From positions 95,420,001 to 95,484,000 of the forward strand of contig NC_058368.1 of the NCBI RefSeq assembly GCF_018350175.1: 64,000 nucleotides of DNA, read 5' to 3'. A program made the position numbers and the translations under genes. Within the stretch, counting starts at the first letter, position 1; each line of letters starts with the position of its first letter. The notes under the pieces are model-generated. The model did not search any database. It saw only the letters and a program-made list of their open reading frames with translations, and had not been told where the DNA came from. Positions 36,728 to 48,943 of this stretch are shown here, piece after piece. The stretch comes from Felis catus (taxonomy: Eukaryota).

Positions 36728-37609
36728 AATTTTTGATGCTTTTAAGTCTTCTCTGAAAACTGCACATGGAAGCTTTGCCTCTTAGTATCAAGCCTTGGAA
36801 GGGATTGTGACGTATTTTAGAATTTTTTTTCTGCTTTATTCTCTTGTCCAAGAGGAATAAATCCTGACAGGCAGATGCTCCTCCCTAAGGAGCTGACTGA
36901 ACCAAAGTGCTCCTGAATAAAAAAGTGACCTCCAAAGGGAACTTAATAAAAACATACGACATGTGGCGTATAACATGCCACGTTGGAAGGCTAGTTTGGT
37001 AGGAGCCATATTGGATATTTAAGATTTCTTAAACACAATGGTAAATAATACAAAAAAACAAAAAACAAAAAACAAAAAACACTGCTATATTTACATTCAA
37101 AGAAGATCTAGAATAGAATCTTTTTTGTCTTAAGAGTTGAATGATGTCTGACCCAAACTGCCTGATCCTTTCCTTGTAAGTAACTTCTTGTGAATTCAGG
37201 GTTTTGCCCCTGCATTTGTCTGCTTTTGTGCGAGCTTCTCAATAGAAAGATGCTATCAGGTAAGTGTGTGTGGTAAGGGATTTAGCTCACAAAGACAAGG
37301 TTGTGCAGGATTTGTATAGACATGTGTTTCCATAAAATTTATACTTAAAACGCCCAGACATGGTGATAAAGTTGATTTTTCAAAGAAAAAAGTCTCATTT
37401 TTTGGTCAAATCTCTTGGAAATCTACGAGTACAAAGGTCAAGTTAAATAAAAAAAAAAACCAATTCTTACTTTGGATCTATTTCTAGGTTACTTCAAATG
37501 GCTTTTGAAAATGCTTTGCTTCATTTGAAAGTATTCATTTGACCAGGGTGCATGGGAAGGAATGGTCCTATTCCAAAAGGGAATACATTGAAAGGCTTTA
37601 ATCCTCATT

Positions 37610-38013
37610 TATGGAATCTTAGGCTGGTAGTGACTTTTAGATCATCAGTTCAATGTCTTCCTGAAGATAATCATTTGGCCTCACTAGCACATTTCCAGTG
37701 ATGAGAAACTCATTATGTTTTAGAGAGTCTTTCTCTTTGGGGAAATTACTGGAAGTTCTTTCTTGTCTTGAGATTAAATCTGCAATCTGCACACCTATAA
37801 TTTCTACATGTCAGGGCAATACAAAGAGAGGAGTAATCATATCACATAAAATAGAAGTTATTTTAGGCCTCTTCCAATATTTGTATAAAGATTGGTCCTC
37901 ACAGACATCTTGCTCTCAGACTTCCCTCCAGGATTCAACCCATTTGGTTCCTCCAAACATTTCTCATAGGCCAATGTTTTCAGGGTTTCACCAGACTAAC
38001 TTCTTCTAGACAC
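37610..38013 (-). mobile_element. L3/CR1 LINE relic
   Basis: 'ttccagtgatgagaaactca', 'gaagttctttcttgtcttgag..aaatctgc', 'ttccaatatttg', 'gttcctccaaacatttctcata' align to the recalled L3 3' end. Confidence 0.75.
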
Positions 38014-38022
38014 AATGACAGT

Positions 38023-38031
38023 CTCTCTCTC

Positions 38032-38084
<53 letters not shown>
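38023..38084. repeat. (CT)n microsatellite
   Basis: Directly visible. Confidence 0.97.
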
Positions 38085-38085
<1 letters not shown>

Positions 38086-38134
38086 GTGTCTCTAATGTTC
38101 TACTTAGCTTCAGTTAGGTAGAATCACCTTGAAT

Positions 38135-38265
38135 TATGTGGTCCTTAGCCCTATGGATGCATCTGAAACACCTGGGAAACTTTGAAGAATTTCACTTAAT
38201 TTGCAGACACTATGTTTTAGCTGATTAGGGATGGGGGCTGGGCAGCAGTATTTTCTAAAAAGTAT
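38135..38265 (+). mobile_element. MER5-like hAT MITE relic
   Basis: 'tgcatctgaaacacctggga', 'gggatgggggctgggcagcagtattttc'. Confidence 0.5.
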
Positions 38266-38399
38266 TAGTGAGGAAGAAGTAGGGCCCCTTCTACCTGGGG
38301 CACAGGCCGGAATTTAGGACTGTGGACACAGCTCGTTACGAAATACATGATCAGGCCTAGCTGAGTCTTGAGAAAACCTGCTAAGCATTTTAGCAGAAG

Positions 38400-38580
38400 G
38401 TAATACCATTTATCAAACGTTGCCTCAATGCCTGGCATCAGACTAGGTATAAACTCAATTATTTATAAAATTTACAAGAACTTGAGGCTCAAAGTAATGA
38501 AGTGACAGGACTTTGGTGATTGCCAGGAAGAAAGAGGCAAGGAGATTGCACACTAGGTTCTTTGGCCCTTGAGCTAACCT
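38400..38580 (-). mobile_element. MIR relic
   Basis: 'taccatttat', 'tgcctggca', 'tgaggctcaaag...aagtgac'. Confidence 0.55.
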
Positions 38581-39316
38581 ATCTCTTGGTAACCTCTCTC
38601 TCTGTGCTAGCACACAGGGCCCTTACAGAACAAGGACTTGACAATGGTCATGGTAGCTGTTGGGATTTAAGGGTCAGTTCTTAGGCTGCTGATAGGCCTA
38701 GTGTGGGGTGAGAGCTGGGGGGGTGTGTCCTTTGTTACCCATATCACTTGGTGTTCGGGCTGGGCAAACCCAGGGAGGATGGGTCTTTTCCACTGTTGGC
38801 TTTGCTCCTTCTCCTTGACACAGAGCCTCCTGAATACAGGAGGTAAATCAGATGGAGGGCGGTTCCTTGAAGAGGCCAAGTGGCTGGGCTGCAAAGACGG
38901 GTAATGCAATGGAAGCCAGTAGGTGTAAAGGCCCCCATCCTGACCTTCGTGTTCATTTCACTTCAATACTCCAAACCAGAGCCTCAGTTTTTTTCCCAGA
39001 GAGCATGTGAAGAAGAAAACCTCTATGGCTGTCACCTCGAGCTGACTAAAGACAGATTACAATTCTGATGTACTGACTGCTCCATTCTGTTCCTTCCTGC
39101 TATCCTTACAGACTTGACCAACAGACTACTGGGTGCATCTAAGCCAAGTATGTTAAACCCAAGTCATCAGACTCTGACCATCTTTGGAGGCCTCCTGACT
39201 ATTTCATGTCAACACATGGTCCTATGCAGGTTCCTGTGGAGGTGTTTTAGTAAAGACATTAATAACAAAGCATGGAGCCCTTAGGGGGCCATTTTCTATT
39301 TTATTTTATAATATGC

Positions 39317-39504
39317 TTTTTCTTCTTTTAAAGTTTATTTTAAGAAAGAGCAAGCAGGGGAAGGGCAGGGGGAGGGGAGAGAGAGAGAGAGAGACAGAAA
39401 GAGAGCAAGCAGGATCCGTGGCTCGATTTCACAACTGTGAGATCATGATCTGAGCTAAAATCAAGAGTCAGACGCTTAAGCAACTGAACCACCCAGGTGC
39501 CTCC
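39317..39504 (-). mobile_element. Can-SINE with internal deletion
   Basis: 'gagctaaaatcaagagtcagacgc' type; centre shortened. Confidence 0.92.
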
Positions 39505-39549
39505 ATTTTATGCTATCATTAAAAAAAAAAAACAACAACCTTATTTTTT

Positions 39550-39786
39550 GGGTCTCAGGGTGGCTCAGTCAGTTAAGCATCTGACTTCAGCTAAGGTCAT
39601 GATCTCGCAGATCGTGGGTTCAAGCCCCACATCGGGCTTTGTGCTGGCAGCTCAGAGCCTGGATCCTGCTTCAGATTCTGTGTCTCCCTCTCTCTCTCTG
39701 CCCATCCCTGCTTGCGCTCTGTCTCTGTCTCGTCAAAAAAAAAAAAAAAAGAAACTAAATAAACATTAAAAAAGATTGAAAAAAAA
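39550..39786 (+). mobile_element. Can-SINE
   Basis: Standard body with A-rich tail. Confidence 0.95.
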
Positions 39787-40770
39787 CCCCTTATATTAGA
39801 GTTTCATTTATATTAATATTCACATGATCTCTTCAGTGTATGAACCTAGAAGCATTCAGTGACTGGACAAAATTCTGCTTCTTTCTTGCAAATACTGACA
39901 CTAAAAGGTGACAACCACATAGGGACCTATTGATGGGATATTCTTTTTAAGTCTGTCACAGGGACAGACTTGGATCAGGTTGGGCTTCTAAAGTTTTCAT
40001 CACAGACTCTTAATGCTGCTTTCTCAAGAGTTTAATTATTTATCTCCATTTGGTTCTCTAAGACACCTACTTGAGTCAGTGTTGTGAGGCCAAGAGGTTC
40101 TTGAGAGGGCAAGGAATATTGGCCTAAGAAAGTGAGCTGATACAGGAGAGACTGAAAATAAGGTGCATTAGTAAATGGCCTTCCATAGTGGTGTAAACTG
40201 CACCCAGAAATACGGGAAAGTACTTGAAAACACAGCCCTTAGAATTCTCCTGCAAAGGAGCTGGGGTATCTGTTTCCCCACAGCTGTCTGTCAGTGGGTA
40301 AGGACTTCTGGCAGTCCTCACATACATACCTTCCTTCGAGCTACAGGGATTGACTATTGGAAGTCTGGTTGGGCACGCATGGAAATGGTGTATTAGGGGA
40401 AAAACTAAACCCTGTGGATGTGGTAGGTGAGGGGGTATGGAGAGTTCAGTGGGTTTGCCATGAGAGATGAAATTTGAAGTATTTATGATTATTAAGTTGG
40501 TCTACTACAAGTCTTGAGTACTTAAAGTATTGTTAGGAGAACTGCACACAATTTTAGAGAATTAAACATTAAAATGGGTTTTGGTCCATACTAATCTTGG
40601 AAGATTTTCGAATCGTGTGTCTCTTCCAAAATAGTTATTGCTCCCAAGTTGTCAGTTGAGGTCAGTTTACATATAGTCGGTTTCCAATTTGTGTCCCAGT
40701 CGGTGCTAGCCATGTAGACTATAATATATATAAGCTTATAGTGAAAATCTCAGTATTACAATTAACAACA

Positions 40771-40974
40771 TTTTTTTTTAATGTTTATTTTTGAGAGAGA
40801 GAGAGTGTGCAAGTTGGGGAGGAGCAGAGACAGAGTGAGACACAGAATCCGAAGCAGGCTCTAGGCTCTGAGCTGTCAGCACAGAGCACAATGTGGGCCT
40901 CGAACCAACAAATTGTGAGATCATGACCTGAGCCGGAGTGAGATGCTTAACCGACTAAGCCACCCAGGTGCCCC
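40771..40974 (-). mobile_element. Can-SINE
   Basis: Standard body. Confidence 0.96.
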
Positions 40975-41044
40975 GCAACATAATTTTAAAAATAGGTATA
41001 TGTGGATTGCTAAGGGAGCACATATAGGATAAAAGCTTGAAATT

Positions 41045-41508
41045 CTGTGATGCTCCTCTCATAGAGGTGTATGTGTGTTCCCTGCCATGTGTTTTGGTTT
41101 GGCTCTGTGACTCAGGTCCTGGCAGCTTCCATTTCCTGTCCTTGCAAGTGCTAACATTTGTAACCTTTCCTCTGGGTAACTCATCCGCCATGATGTGAGC
41201 ATCTCACGTCACCTGGTGTGGTCCCATGTAGATGCTCCCATCAACAGCCGTGGTTGAATCCCCACCAGACAGCCAGAATCAGCTGTGAGCCATGGGAACA
41301 CGCTATTTTTGGGGATCCATTCCAGCCAAGCTTTTCAGTGACTGCTGTTCCAGATGAGGTCTCCCTGCAACCTTATGGGAACCCCCACATGTGAACTACA
41401 CAACTAGACTAGTCAACCTGCAGAACCATGAGACATAGTAAAACAATCTTGTTTTAAACCACAAAGTGTTTTAGTGGGTTTGTTGGGCTGAAGTTGATAA
41501 TGGGACCA
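41045..41508 (+). mobile_element. MaLR solo LTR (MLT1H/G-like)
   Basis: 'cagacagccag.atca.ctg..agccatg', 'agtcaacc..cagaaccatgaga', 'ttgttttaaaccac'. Confidence 0.75.
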
Positions 41509-41534
41509 CTTGTTTGAGTTTTAGGGACGGTTTC

Positions 41535-41732
41535 TTTTTTTTTTTTTTAAATGATTATTTATTTTCAGGAGGGGAGGGGCAGAGAGAAGTGAGGAGAGAG
41601 AGAGAATTCCAAGCAGGCTTAGCACTGTTAGCACAGGGCCCGATAAGGGGCTCGATCCCACAAACCATGAGATCATGACCTGAGCCAAAATCTAGTGTTG
41701 GTTTCTCAACCAACTGAGCCATCCAGGTGCCC
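41535..41732 (-). mobile_element. Can-SINE
   Basis: Standard body; degenerate TSD ttaggg...gtttctt. Confidence 0.95.
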
Positions 41733-41788
41733 TTAGGGGGATGTTTCTTAGAGTTAGAAGGATGTTATTTAATAATACATTCTTCTTA

Positions 41789-42002
41789 GGGGCGCCTGGG
41801 TGGCACAGTCGGTTAAGCATCCGACTTCAGCCAGGTCACGATCTCGCAGTCCGTGAGTTCGAGCCCTGCGTCAGGCTCTGGGCTGATGGCTCAGAGCCTG
41901 GAGCCTGTTTCTGATTCTGTGTCTCCCTCTCTCTCTGCCCCTCCCCCGTTCATGCTCTGTCTCTCTCTGTCCCAAAAATAAACATTGAAAAAAAGAAAAA
42001 AA
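41789..42002 (+). mobile_element. Young SINEC_Fc
   Basis: Perfect 18-bp TSD aataatacattcttctta (41771-41788, 42003-42020). Confidence 0.99.
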
Positions 42003-42679
42003 AATAATACATTCTTCTTATAGATAAGCAGGTCACTTACTTTGAATTGGAGAATGACTGAGTTTTCCATAAAAGAAGGTCAAAGGAAACAGAGCAAAAG
42101 TCCAGGGATGTACACATGCTGGTATGTTTCAGTAATACTGAAATGATAAAGAAGTATAGAAAGTATTAAGGTGATGGGTAACGGAGGTTCCTATGTACCT
42201 AGGAAGGACCTCTGTCCTCTGAGTTGCCCAAATTGCCCTCAAGAAGCTAACCATCTTAGATCATCAATGAATTGGTATTAGTAAACCCATGGGCTCATTC
42301 ACATTCATTGACTAGAAACGAATTAATCAGTAGGAAATACAGCTCATTCTTTTAGTCCTCCAAAGATTTACTGAGCACTTACTAGGTGTTAAATATTAAA
42401 GTAATGGGGAAACCAAAAAGCTTTCTTAAAGTTTGGAGTGTCATCGATACCTAAATGTTGAAATGAAAACATACAGAAGCAGCAAATGATAGATGCTCTT
42501 GGAACGGACAGAAGAAAATAGGAGCAATGAACCCCAACCTCGGAAGGAATTCTTTGTGTGGTTATGTGTTGATGTATGTCTTGCGAAGGAGCTACCACCG
42601 CCACCCCAACTTGATTCCATACCAATACCTCCCTTCAAAAAAGATGTTGTCAGGTTTTAATGAAATATTAGTGGCAGTG

Positions 42680-43105
42680 ACAGCAAGTACTTTAATTGGA
42701 TTAATTATGTGCTGAGCACCAATTTAAGGGCTTTGAATATATTAAATGTCTTTTAAAAACTGTTTTTTATTTTGAGAGTGCACATGGGAGCAGGGGGGGA
42801 AGAGCGCAGAGAGAAAATCCCAAGCAGGCTCCATGCTGTCAGGGCAGAGCCTGCTATGGGGCCCGAACCCCCGAACTGTGAGATCACGACCCGAGCTGAA
42901 ATCAAGAGTCAGGTGCTCAACTGACTGAGCCACCCAGATGCCCTTGAATCTTTTAACTCCTAAAACCGTTGATTGGGTATTACTAGTTTTAACCCCATTT
43001 TGGGGAGAAGCTACAGAGGAATTCACGTTGTTGGCTAAAGTCATATAGGAGTAAGTGGCAGCACTGGGCTATGAACCTAGGCCACCACTCCTAACCAGTA
43101 CACTA
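42680..43105 (-). mobile_element. MIR interrupted by a SINE
   Basis: 'tatgtgctgagcac', 'ccccatttt', 'aagtca.ata..agtaagtggcag.actggg..tgaacctagg'. Confidence 0.7.
42751..42943 (-). mobile_element. Can-SINE
   Basis: Standard body. Confidence 0.94.
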
Positions 43106-43774
43106 GTTCCTCTCCTGAACATTCTGTGAGTTGTGACTGAAAGTCTTTCATAAAAAGTTACTTTTCAATGACAAATTGGTGACCCTCACGTTTCCTTTCT
43201 TTGTATATTAGCGATGGACCGTCTTGAAACACATGATCAGTATTATTCAGGGAAGACCTCCATCAGTCTATGGTTTGGTTGTTGTGTGCCATTATAATCT
43301 TATACTTTAATAAAAGGCTAAGTGGAATTTTTTTTTAATCGCTGTGGATACTGTGATAAAACCAAGTCCTGATGCTGTTTTGCTCATCATTGGGGTCCAG
43401 TAACCCAATATTGGACCGAGCACATGAGTCTCTTGCTGGATCACTTGTCAAAAAGTAAGTATCTGATTAAGCTGTGAGGCTCAAAGACATGAGTGCTGCT
43501 GGTAAAAGCATGTCTGTGCCATATTTTTAACCTGGGGGTTCTTGTTTGAAGATGCCCATCGATTTGGCCAAAAGGTGTATCTTGAGGTGAAGACGATGAA
43601 ATCAGAGCATATGCTTAGGACAAGAGCGATGTTCAAGGTAGTGCTTGTTTCTTAAGGAACTCACTGGCTCATGAGCTTCCAGGGACAACTGGGAGTAAGT
43701 AGACCACCGGCACCTTAATTTCTGGTATCTACATAGACCAGACGCAGATGAATTGTTGGGAGCATGCTGACAGA

Positions 43775-43968
43775 AATAACAATAGCTACCCTTTATGGAG
43801 AATGTACTATATGCCAGGCCCTGTCATAAGCCATATCTCCCAGCAACAATATGATGTAGGAACAATCACTGCGCCATTTAAAATGAGACTGAGAGTCCAG
43901 AAGTGGTTGAGAAAGTTGCAGGGACCACGTAATTGGTAAGTGTTAGAGCCAGGGCTTGAACTGGAGGG
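43775..43968 (-). mobile_element. MIR
   Basis: 'aataacaatagctacc.tttat.gag..tgtactatatgccaggc', 'ggtaagtg.tagagccagggcttgaac'. Confidence 0.8.
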
Positions 43969-44264
43969 GTTCTAAAGGGAGAGATCTGTGACTCCTGGGG
44001 CAGAAAGCCCATCAGAGTCAGAAATGCTTGGCTATTTTCTTGTCTGATGCTTGGAAAATTTCCTTCTCTCTGAATTGGGCAAGGCCTCCCTGCTAGTTGA
44101 TCTTACATGCATTTTTACCTGTTTTGGAGGTTCTTGATAGAAGTAGGGAACTCTTTGATTCACTGTCTGGTGATATTTGAATCAATCTAAGAGGGGTTGG
44201 ATGAACATAGAGTTGGCTGCTTAAAATCAGGATGGATGGTATCCCTGTGTCAAGACTCAGATCA

Positions 44265-44451
44265 GGGGTACCTGGGTGGCTCATTCAGTTAACTGTCTGA
44301 CTCTTGATTTCTGCTCAGGCCATGATCTCACAGTTTGTGAGTTCGAGCCCTGCGTCGGGGTCTGCACTGACAGTGCAGAGCCTGCTTGGGATTCTGTCTC
44401 CACCCCCCCCTTCTCCCTCCTCCCTCAAAATAAATAAACTTAAAAAAAAAA
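44265..44451 (+). mobile_element. Can-SINE
   Basis: Head ggggtacctgggtggctc; TSD aagact.aga. Confidence 0.95.
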
Positions 44452-45499
44452 AAGACTGAGAGTGAAAGATGAAAGTACAGATTATCAGGAGACCTTCCAA
44501 CAGTAGTACTTGAAGGCAGATTCCGCTGATGAAAAGAAAAACACAGGAACATAGTGTCCTGTTTTCAAAGTCGGGCTGTGTTCATGGAAACCAGTGTTAA
44601 GACACAGAGAATTGAACTACTTACTGTCAGTAGAATCACAGAATTCAATGAGAAATCTTAGAACTCTGGTTGAAAAAAGTAGATTCAAGTGATAAAAAAA
44701 TAGAAGCTGGTTCTCTAACCCTGAATAAAAAACTCGTCAAAGTAAAGATAAAAGCCTAGACTTCCTGCTGAGTGGGGATCAGAACAGGCGAGGAGAACCC
44801 ACCGGGCGAATTGGCAACTCTGTCCGCATGGTGGTGGCGGTAGAATCCGTGCCCCTACCAGAAGTTCAAGTAATAGGCTAAATGCCTATTTTTCAGGACA
44901 GCCCACAATCTCAGGCTGAGATTTGCTTTGTCCCAATTAGAGCATCGCTTGGCATTAATGGATAAAAAGAGCTCATCCCTTGTAAGTGCTCGGGTTTTCG
45001 AGTATATAATCTCTGCCCTCCATCCTTCACTAATTCCTCCCCTTGGCGTTTCAGAATCCAGTGGGCACCCGCTTGATCCCAGACCCAGAGCCATGTGGCT
45101 TGGTGGCAGCTGGCAGGGGAATAAACAGGACAGAGCAGATGGGGCAACAGCTGGAGTAGACGGAGTTCATTTTGACATCGCTTTTCAAGTGAGGCTCAGC
45201 CACCCAGCTCACAGGCCTAGTCAGTGGGTAGTTTGTGGCTCAGTGAAAAACACAATAAATGTGTACTTGAATTAAGAAGTCTTGGAAAAAGTTGAGAAAG
45301 TACTATTTTGATCTGATGGCCTGGATTTAAAAGGGAGAGCTGGCCAACGTGCCGGTCCCTGTGGCGCATGTAATTGTCTATGTAGCCGTTGATCCTGGTA
45401 GAGCTCTTCGTGGGGGAAGTTCGCCTGGTCAGAAAGTAAACCAGTCTTCAAGATCCTCAGCTTCCATGGTATTTCAGCTAGAACTTGGACGACCAAACC

Positions 45500-45628
45500 T
45501 GGAATCTGTTCAAACAGGAGAGGCAGGAGAGAGTCGCATTTAATGGGTCGGGGGTTTAGCCTAGCCATCTGGATTGTCAGAGGCCCCCCAAGTGGTTCTA
45601 ATGTACAGCCAGGTTGCAGAATCATTGG
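45500..45628 (+). mobile_element. MER5A-like MITE
   Basis: 'ccccaagtggttctaatgtacagccaggttg.agaatca.tg'. Confidence 0.65.
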
Positions 45629-45754
45629 TTTAGAAAGAATTCTTGGTGATCAGGATGCCCTGTTGGTGGGGAAAGAGGTAATGTTCCCCCTCTGGATCCT
45701 CAGGTTTGTTGACTTCAGCAAGAGTTTGGACCAAGGCGAAAGGCTTCCCGAGAA

Positions 45755-45920
45755 AAAGAAACTGGGATCCAAAGCTGTCCCCATTACCTCCTTACCTGTG
45801 TGACTTTGAGGAAAGGATTTAACTTCGGTGTTTGGGTGTCCTATTTACAAGGGATAATTGCCCCTTCCTGAAGGGTTGCTGATAAACTAAATAAGATACT
45901 TTATAGGAAGTCGTTTAGAT
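45755..45920 (+). mobile_element. MIR
   Basis: 'cttacctgtgtgactttg.g.aa..atttaact', 'agggttgctg'. Confidence 0.7.
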
Positions 45921-45936
45921 CAGCCACATCCTAAAA

Positions 45937-45938
<2 letters not shown>

Positions 45939-45971
<33 letters not shown>
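45939..45971. repeat. (GT)n microsatellite
   Basis: Directly visible. Confidence 0.95.
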
Positions 45972-45974
<3 letters not shown>

Positions 45975-45982
45975 CACGCGTA

Positions 45983-46615
45983 CACTTGACCCTTGAACAA
46001 AGTGGTGGTTAGGGATGCTGACCTACCCTGCCGCAGCCATGCAGTAAAAATTCTAAAAGTATAATTTTGGACTCTCCAAAAGCTCAACTAATAAAAACCT
46101 ATTGTGCCCTGGAGGCCTTAACGATAGCATAAATAGTAACAATTGATTAACACATATTTTGTAAATTACATGTAGTATGTGAATAGTGTAAGAATACAGT
46201 AAATGTATGTGTATAGTATAAGAATATAATCTTAAAAGAATATAATACAGTCTTTTTTTCATTTATTTTTAATTTTTAAAAATGTTTATGTATTCTTGAG
46301 AGAGAGAGACAGACAGAGTGTGAGTGGGCAGAAAGAGAAGGAGACACAGAATCCAGAGCAGGCTCCAGGCTCTGAGCTGTCAGCACAGAGGCCAATGTGG
46401 GGCTTGAACTCATGAACTCTGAGGTCATGACTTGAGTCGAAGGCGGACGCTTAACTGACTGAGCCACCCAGGCCCCCCTATACACTACATTAAGTAAGCC
46501 TGAGGAAAGAAAATGTTGAGGGTATCATGAGGAAGAAAAAAGATACATTGACTGTATCGTATGGAAGAAAGCTCTACTTACATGGATCCATACAGTTCAA
46601 ACTCTTGCTGAACAT
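45983..46615 (+). mobile_element. Tigger2a-like (TcMar-Tigger) non-autonomous element, interrupted by a SINE
   Basis: TIR-like 'ca.ttgacccttgaacaa', 'gattaacacatattttgta', 'gaaagaaaatgtt', 'cagttcaaac'. Confidence 0.85.
46253..46478 (-). mobile_element. Can-SINE
   Basis: Standard body. Confidence 0.96.
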
Positions 46616-47019
46616 GTATTTAAAGGAACTCATTCCTAGGATGGGGGTAATGCATGCTCTAGGCAAAAGAAAAATGCAATAAATATGTGCAGATCTAAAG
46701 TAGATAATAAAGTCCGTGCCCACTAGCAGGTGGTAAAAGGGGCTGGAGGGACCCCAACACTGTAGAGAGCTGCGCCTGGCATTTCCTCCGTGGATTATTC
46801 TGTGTCTGCTTTTCGGTAGTTAACAGGAATGCTAAGACAATGCTTCGGAAGCAGCAAGAAGGGTGCCCAGCAGAATCACACCCACCGTCCTCTTGCCTGG
46901 GCTTGAAGTCGGACTGTATGTGTGATACTGGGCACTTGACTTGTATGTGACTTACACATAAGCTTTCACGCAAGAATTTAAAGGACAAAAAGCCTTCCTC
47001 TGACACAGAATGTTGAGAA

Positions 47020-47140
47020 GCGTTTCTAACCCCCCTTGATAGGTGAGGAAATGGAGGTCCTATCAAATTGAATGATTTGTCAAGTTGTCTCTGCAGATAG
47101 GTGGCCAAAGTGTGGCGGTGAACTCAGCTCTCAGTCCCGT
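47020..47140 (-). mobile_element. MIR core
   Basis: 'ataggtgaggaaatggagg', 'tgatttgtcaag'. Confidence 0.6.
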
Positions 47141-47171
47141 CCTCCCAGCTCCGTACCCTCTCTCCCTGTCT

Positions 47172-47325
47172 ATAGTGGCACCTCCCAGACTTCAATCCAT
47201 GTAAAAGTCTCCTGTGGCTTTGGTGGAAATGTGGACTCTGACTGGGTAGGTCTGGGGCAGCTCCCAAGAGCCTCCATTTCTAGCCAGCTCTCAGATGTCA
47301 GAATTTGCCAGCCCTTCATCCGTGT
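47172..47325 (+). mobile_element. MER5B-like MITE
   Basis: 'aaatgtggactctgact.ggtaggtctgggg', 'catttcta.ccagctc.cag'. Confidence 0.65.
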
Positions 47326-48943
47326 GACAGCGACCTGAAGATTCACGTCCCCCCCACCACCCCTGACACGTATTCCATCGCTTCCCTTTTCCAGCACAGA
47401 GACTGTCATTTAGAATCCTGCTGTTGGAAGGTCTATTCTCCCCATTTTCTGCTCCTTCCCCTCTTAAAATTTCACACTTAAGAATTGTGTTGATCTCCCC
47501 CCACCTCATTGCTGGATGCATCTCAGTATCTTGAGGACTAGATGACAGACCCCTCTAGGTGGGAATTGAATCTTGACCTGGGACAGTTTTGGCTGTGTGT
47601 AAAATAATGAATAAATATGCACAGGCAAAGAGAACCCGCCTGGCACCCGGGAGTGGGGAGTTGCAGACCTTCTTATTCATGGGGATATCCTAAACACCGC
47701 AGTCATGACTTTGATCAGAATTGGTTTATTACTACTGCTTGCTTTCCCCAGGTGGTCACCTAGGTCTTTGTACGATGATCCGTTAAAAACTGTAGAATTT
47801 CTGAAACACCATTTGCTTCACTCAGTCAGGGTCAGTGCTAGCCAGTGGTTGCTTAGCAATAATAATGACATGGTGAGAATTGTCTGATGGGCTTTGAATG
47901 CCCTGAGCAGAGGCTAGCCAAGGGCAGCTGCTTGGTTAATTGTGGCCTCCGGTCATCACCAGGAGACCAGTGCTGATGAGGGACGCAAAGGGCCGAAAAC
48001 GCTGCAAAACGGATTGTAGGTCCCATTTTTGGTATAAATACACATTTAAGAAGTTGAACTGGTGATAAAATCCTTAATATGCAGAGAACATTTTCATGGG
48101 CTGCAAACAGCGAACACAGAGACCTGGCTTCAAATGATGTATTCTCCTCCAAGAGCCCAGGAGGTAATTTGATGGTATGTGTGGCTCCTGCCTTCTAGAA
48201 TTCTCTATGGGTGATGGATGGCAGTGGCCATAGCACCAATGGCAGAATGGCCACCTGAGGAATGGCCGCTTCTAAAATGTCATTTTTAAACACAGCTATT
48301 TGTGAATGATTGGAGTTTATGTTGGTTGCTCTCCCCTGCCCCCACCTTTTTATAGAACTCAGAATGAACTGATACTGTTCCTATGCCTGGGGCGTTTCAT
48401 GTCAAGTTTAAGTCGACAGTAGATTGGAAATGCCAAGTTATAAAATCATGAAAATAAGGGTTTCTATCGGAAACCTTGGAACTGTATGTTAGCAGTTAGG
48501 GAGACTGACTCATGGTCTGGATGACCTCATCATCTCTTGCCTCCTCCAAGCCCCCCGAGCTTTGTGGTCATGTTGCAATTAGCGATGTAGTGACAGAATG
48601 TGTACCGAATGTTGTCATGACTGATGACTGATGCTCTTGTCACCTTGCTGATACTGTTAGTACTTTTTAGAACCCTAAGACTCTGAAGTGTCCTGGGTTC
48701 AGGACAGAACAAGACTAGGAATCTGAAAGACAATTACAATAACGGGGAAGAGGGACATAATCGCAAAGGGAGGGAAAAAGAAGTTGGGGACCGGATAGTG
48801 ATCTCACAGGTGATGATCAGCTGCAGCATGCAGGGCAGAGATGAGTTTATAGTTCTGGAAGGTCAAAGAATTTTCAGACTCAGGTGGGGAATAGTATGGC
48901 CAGTGACATTACATTTTGTGAGTCTGATGTTCTCTGAATTCTG

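Noticed and set aside
38825..38900. Exon-like segment SLLNTGGKSDGGRFLEEAKWLGCKD
   Set aside because: Weak donors and no recognisable protein
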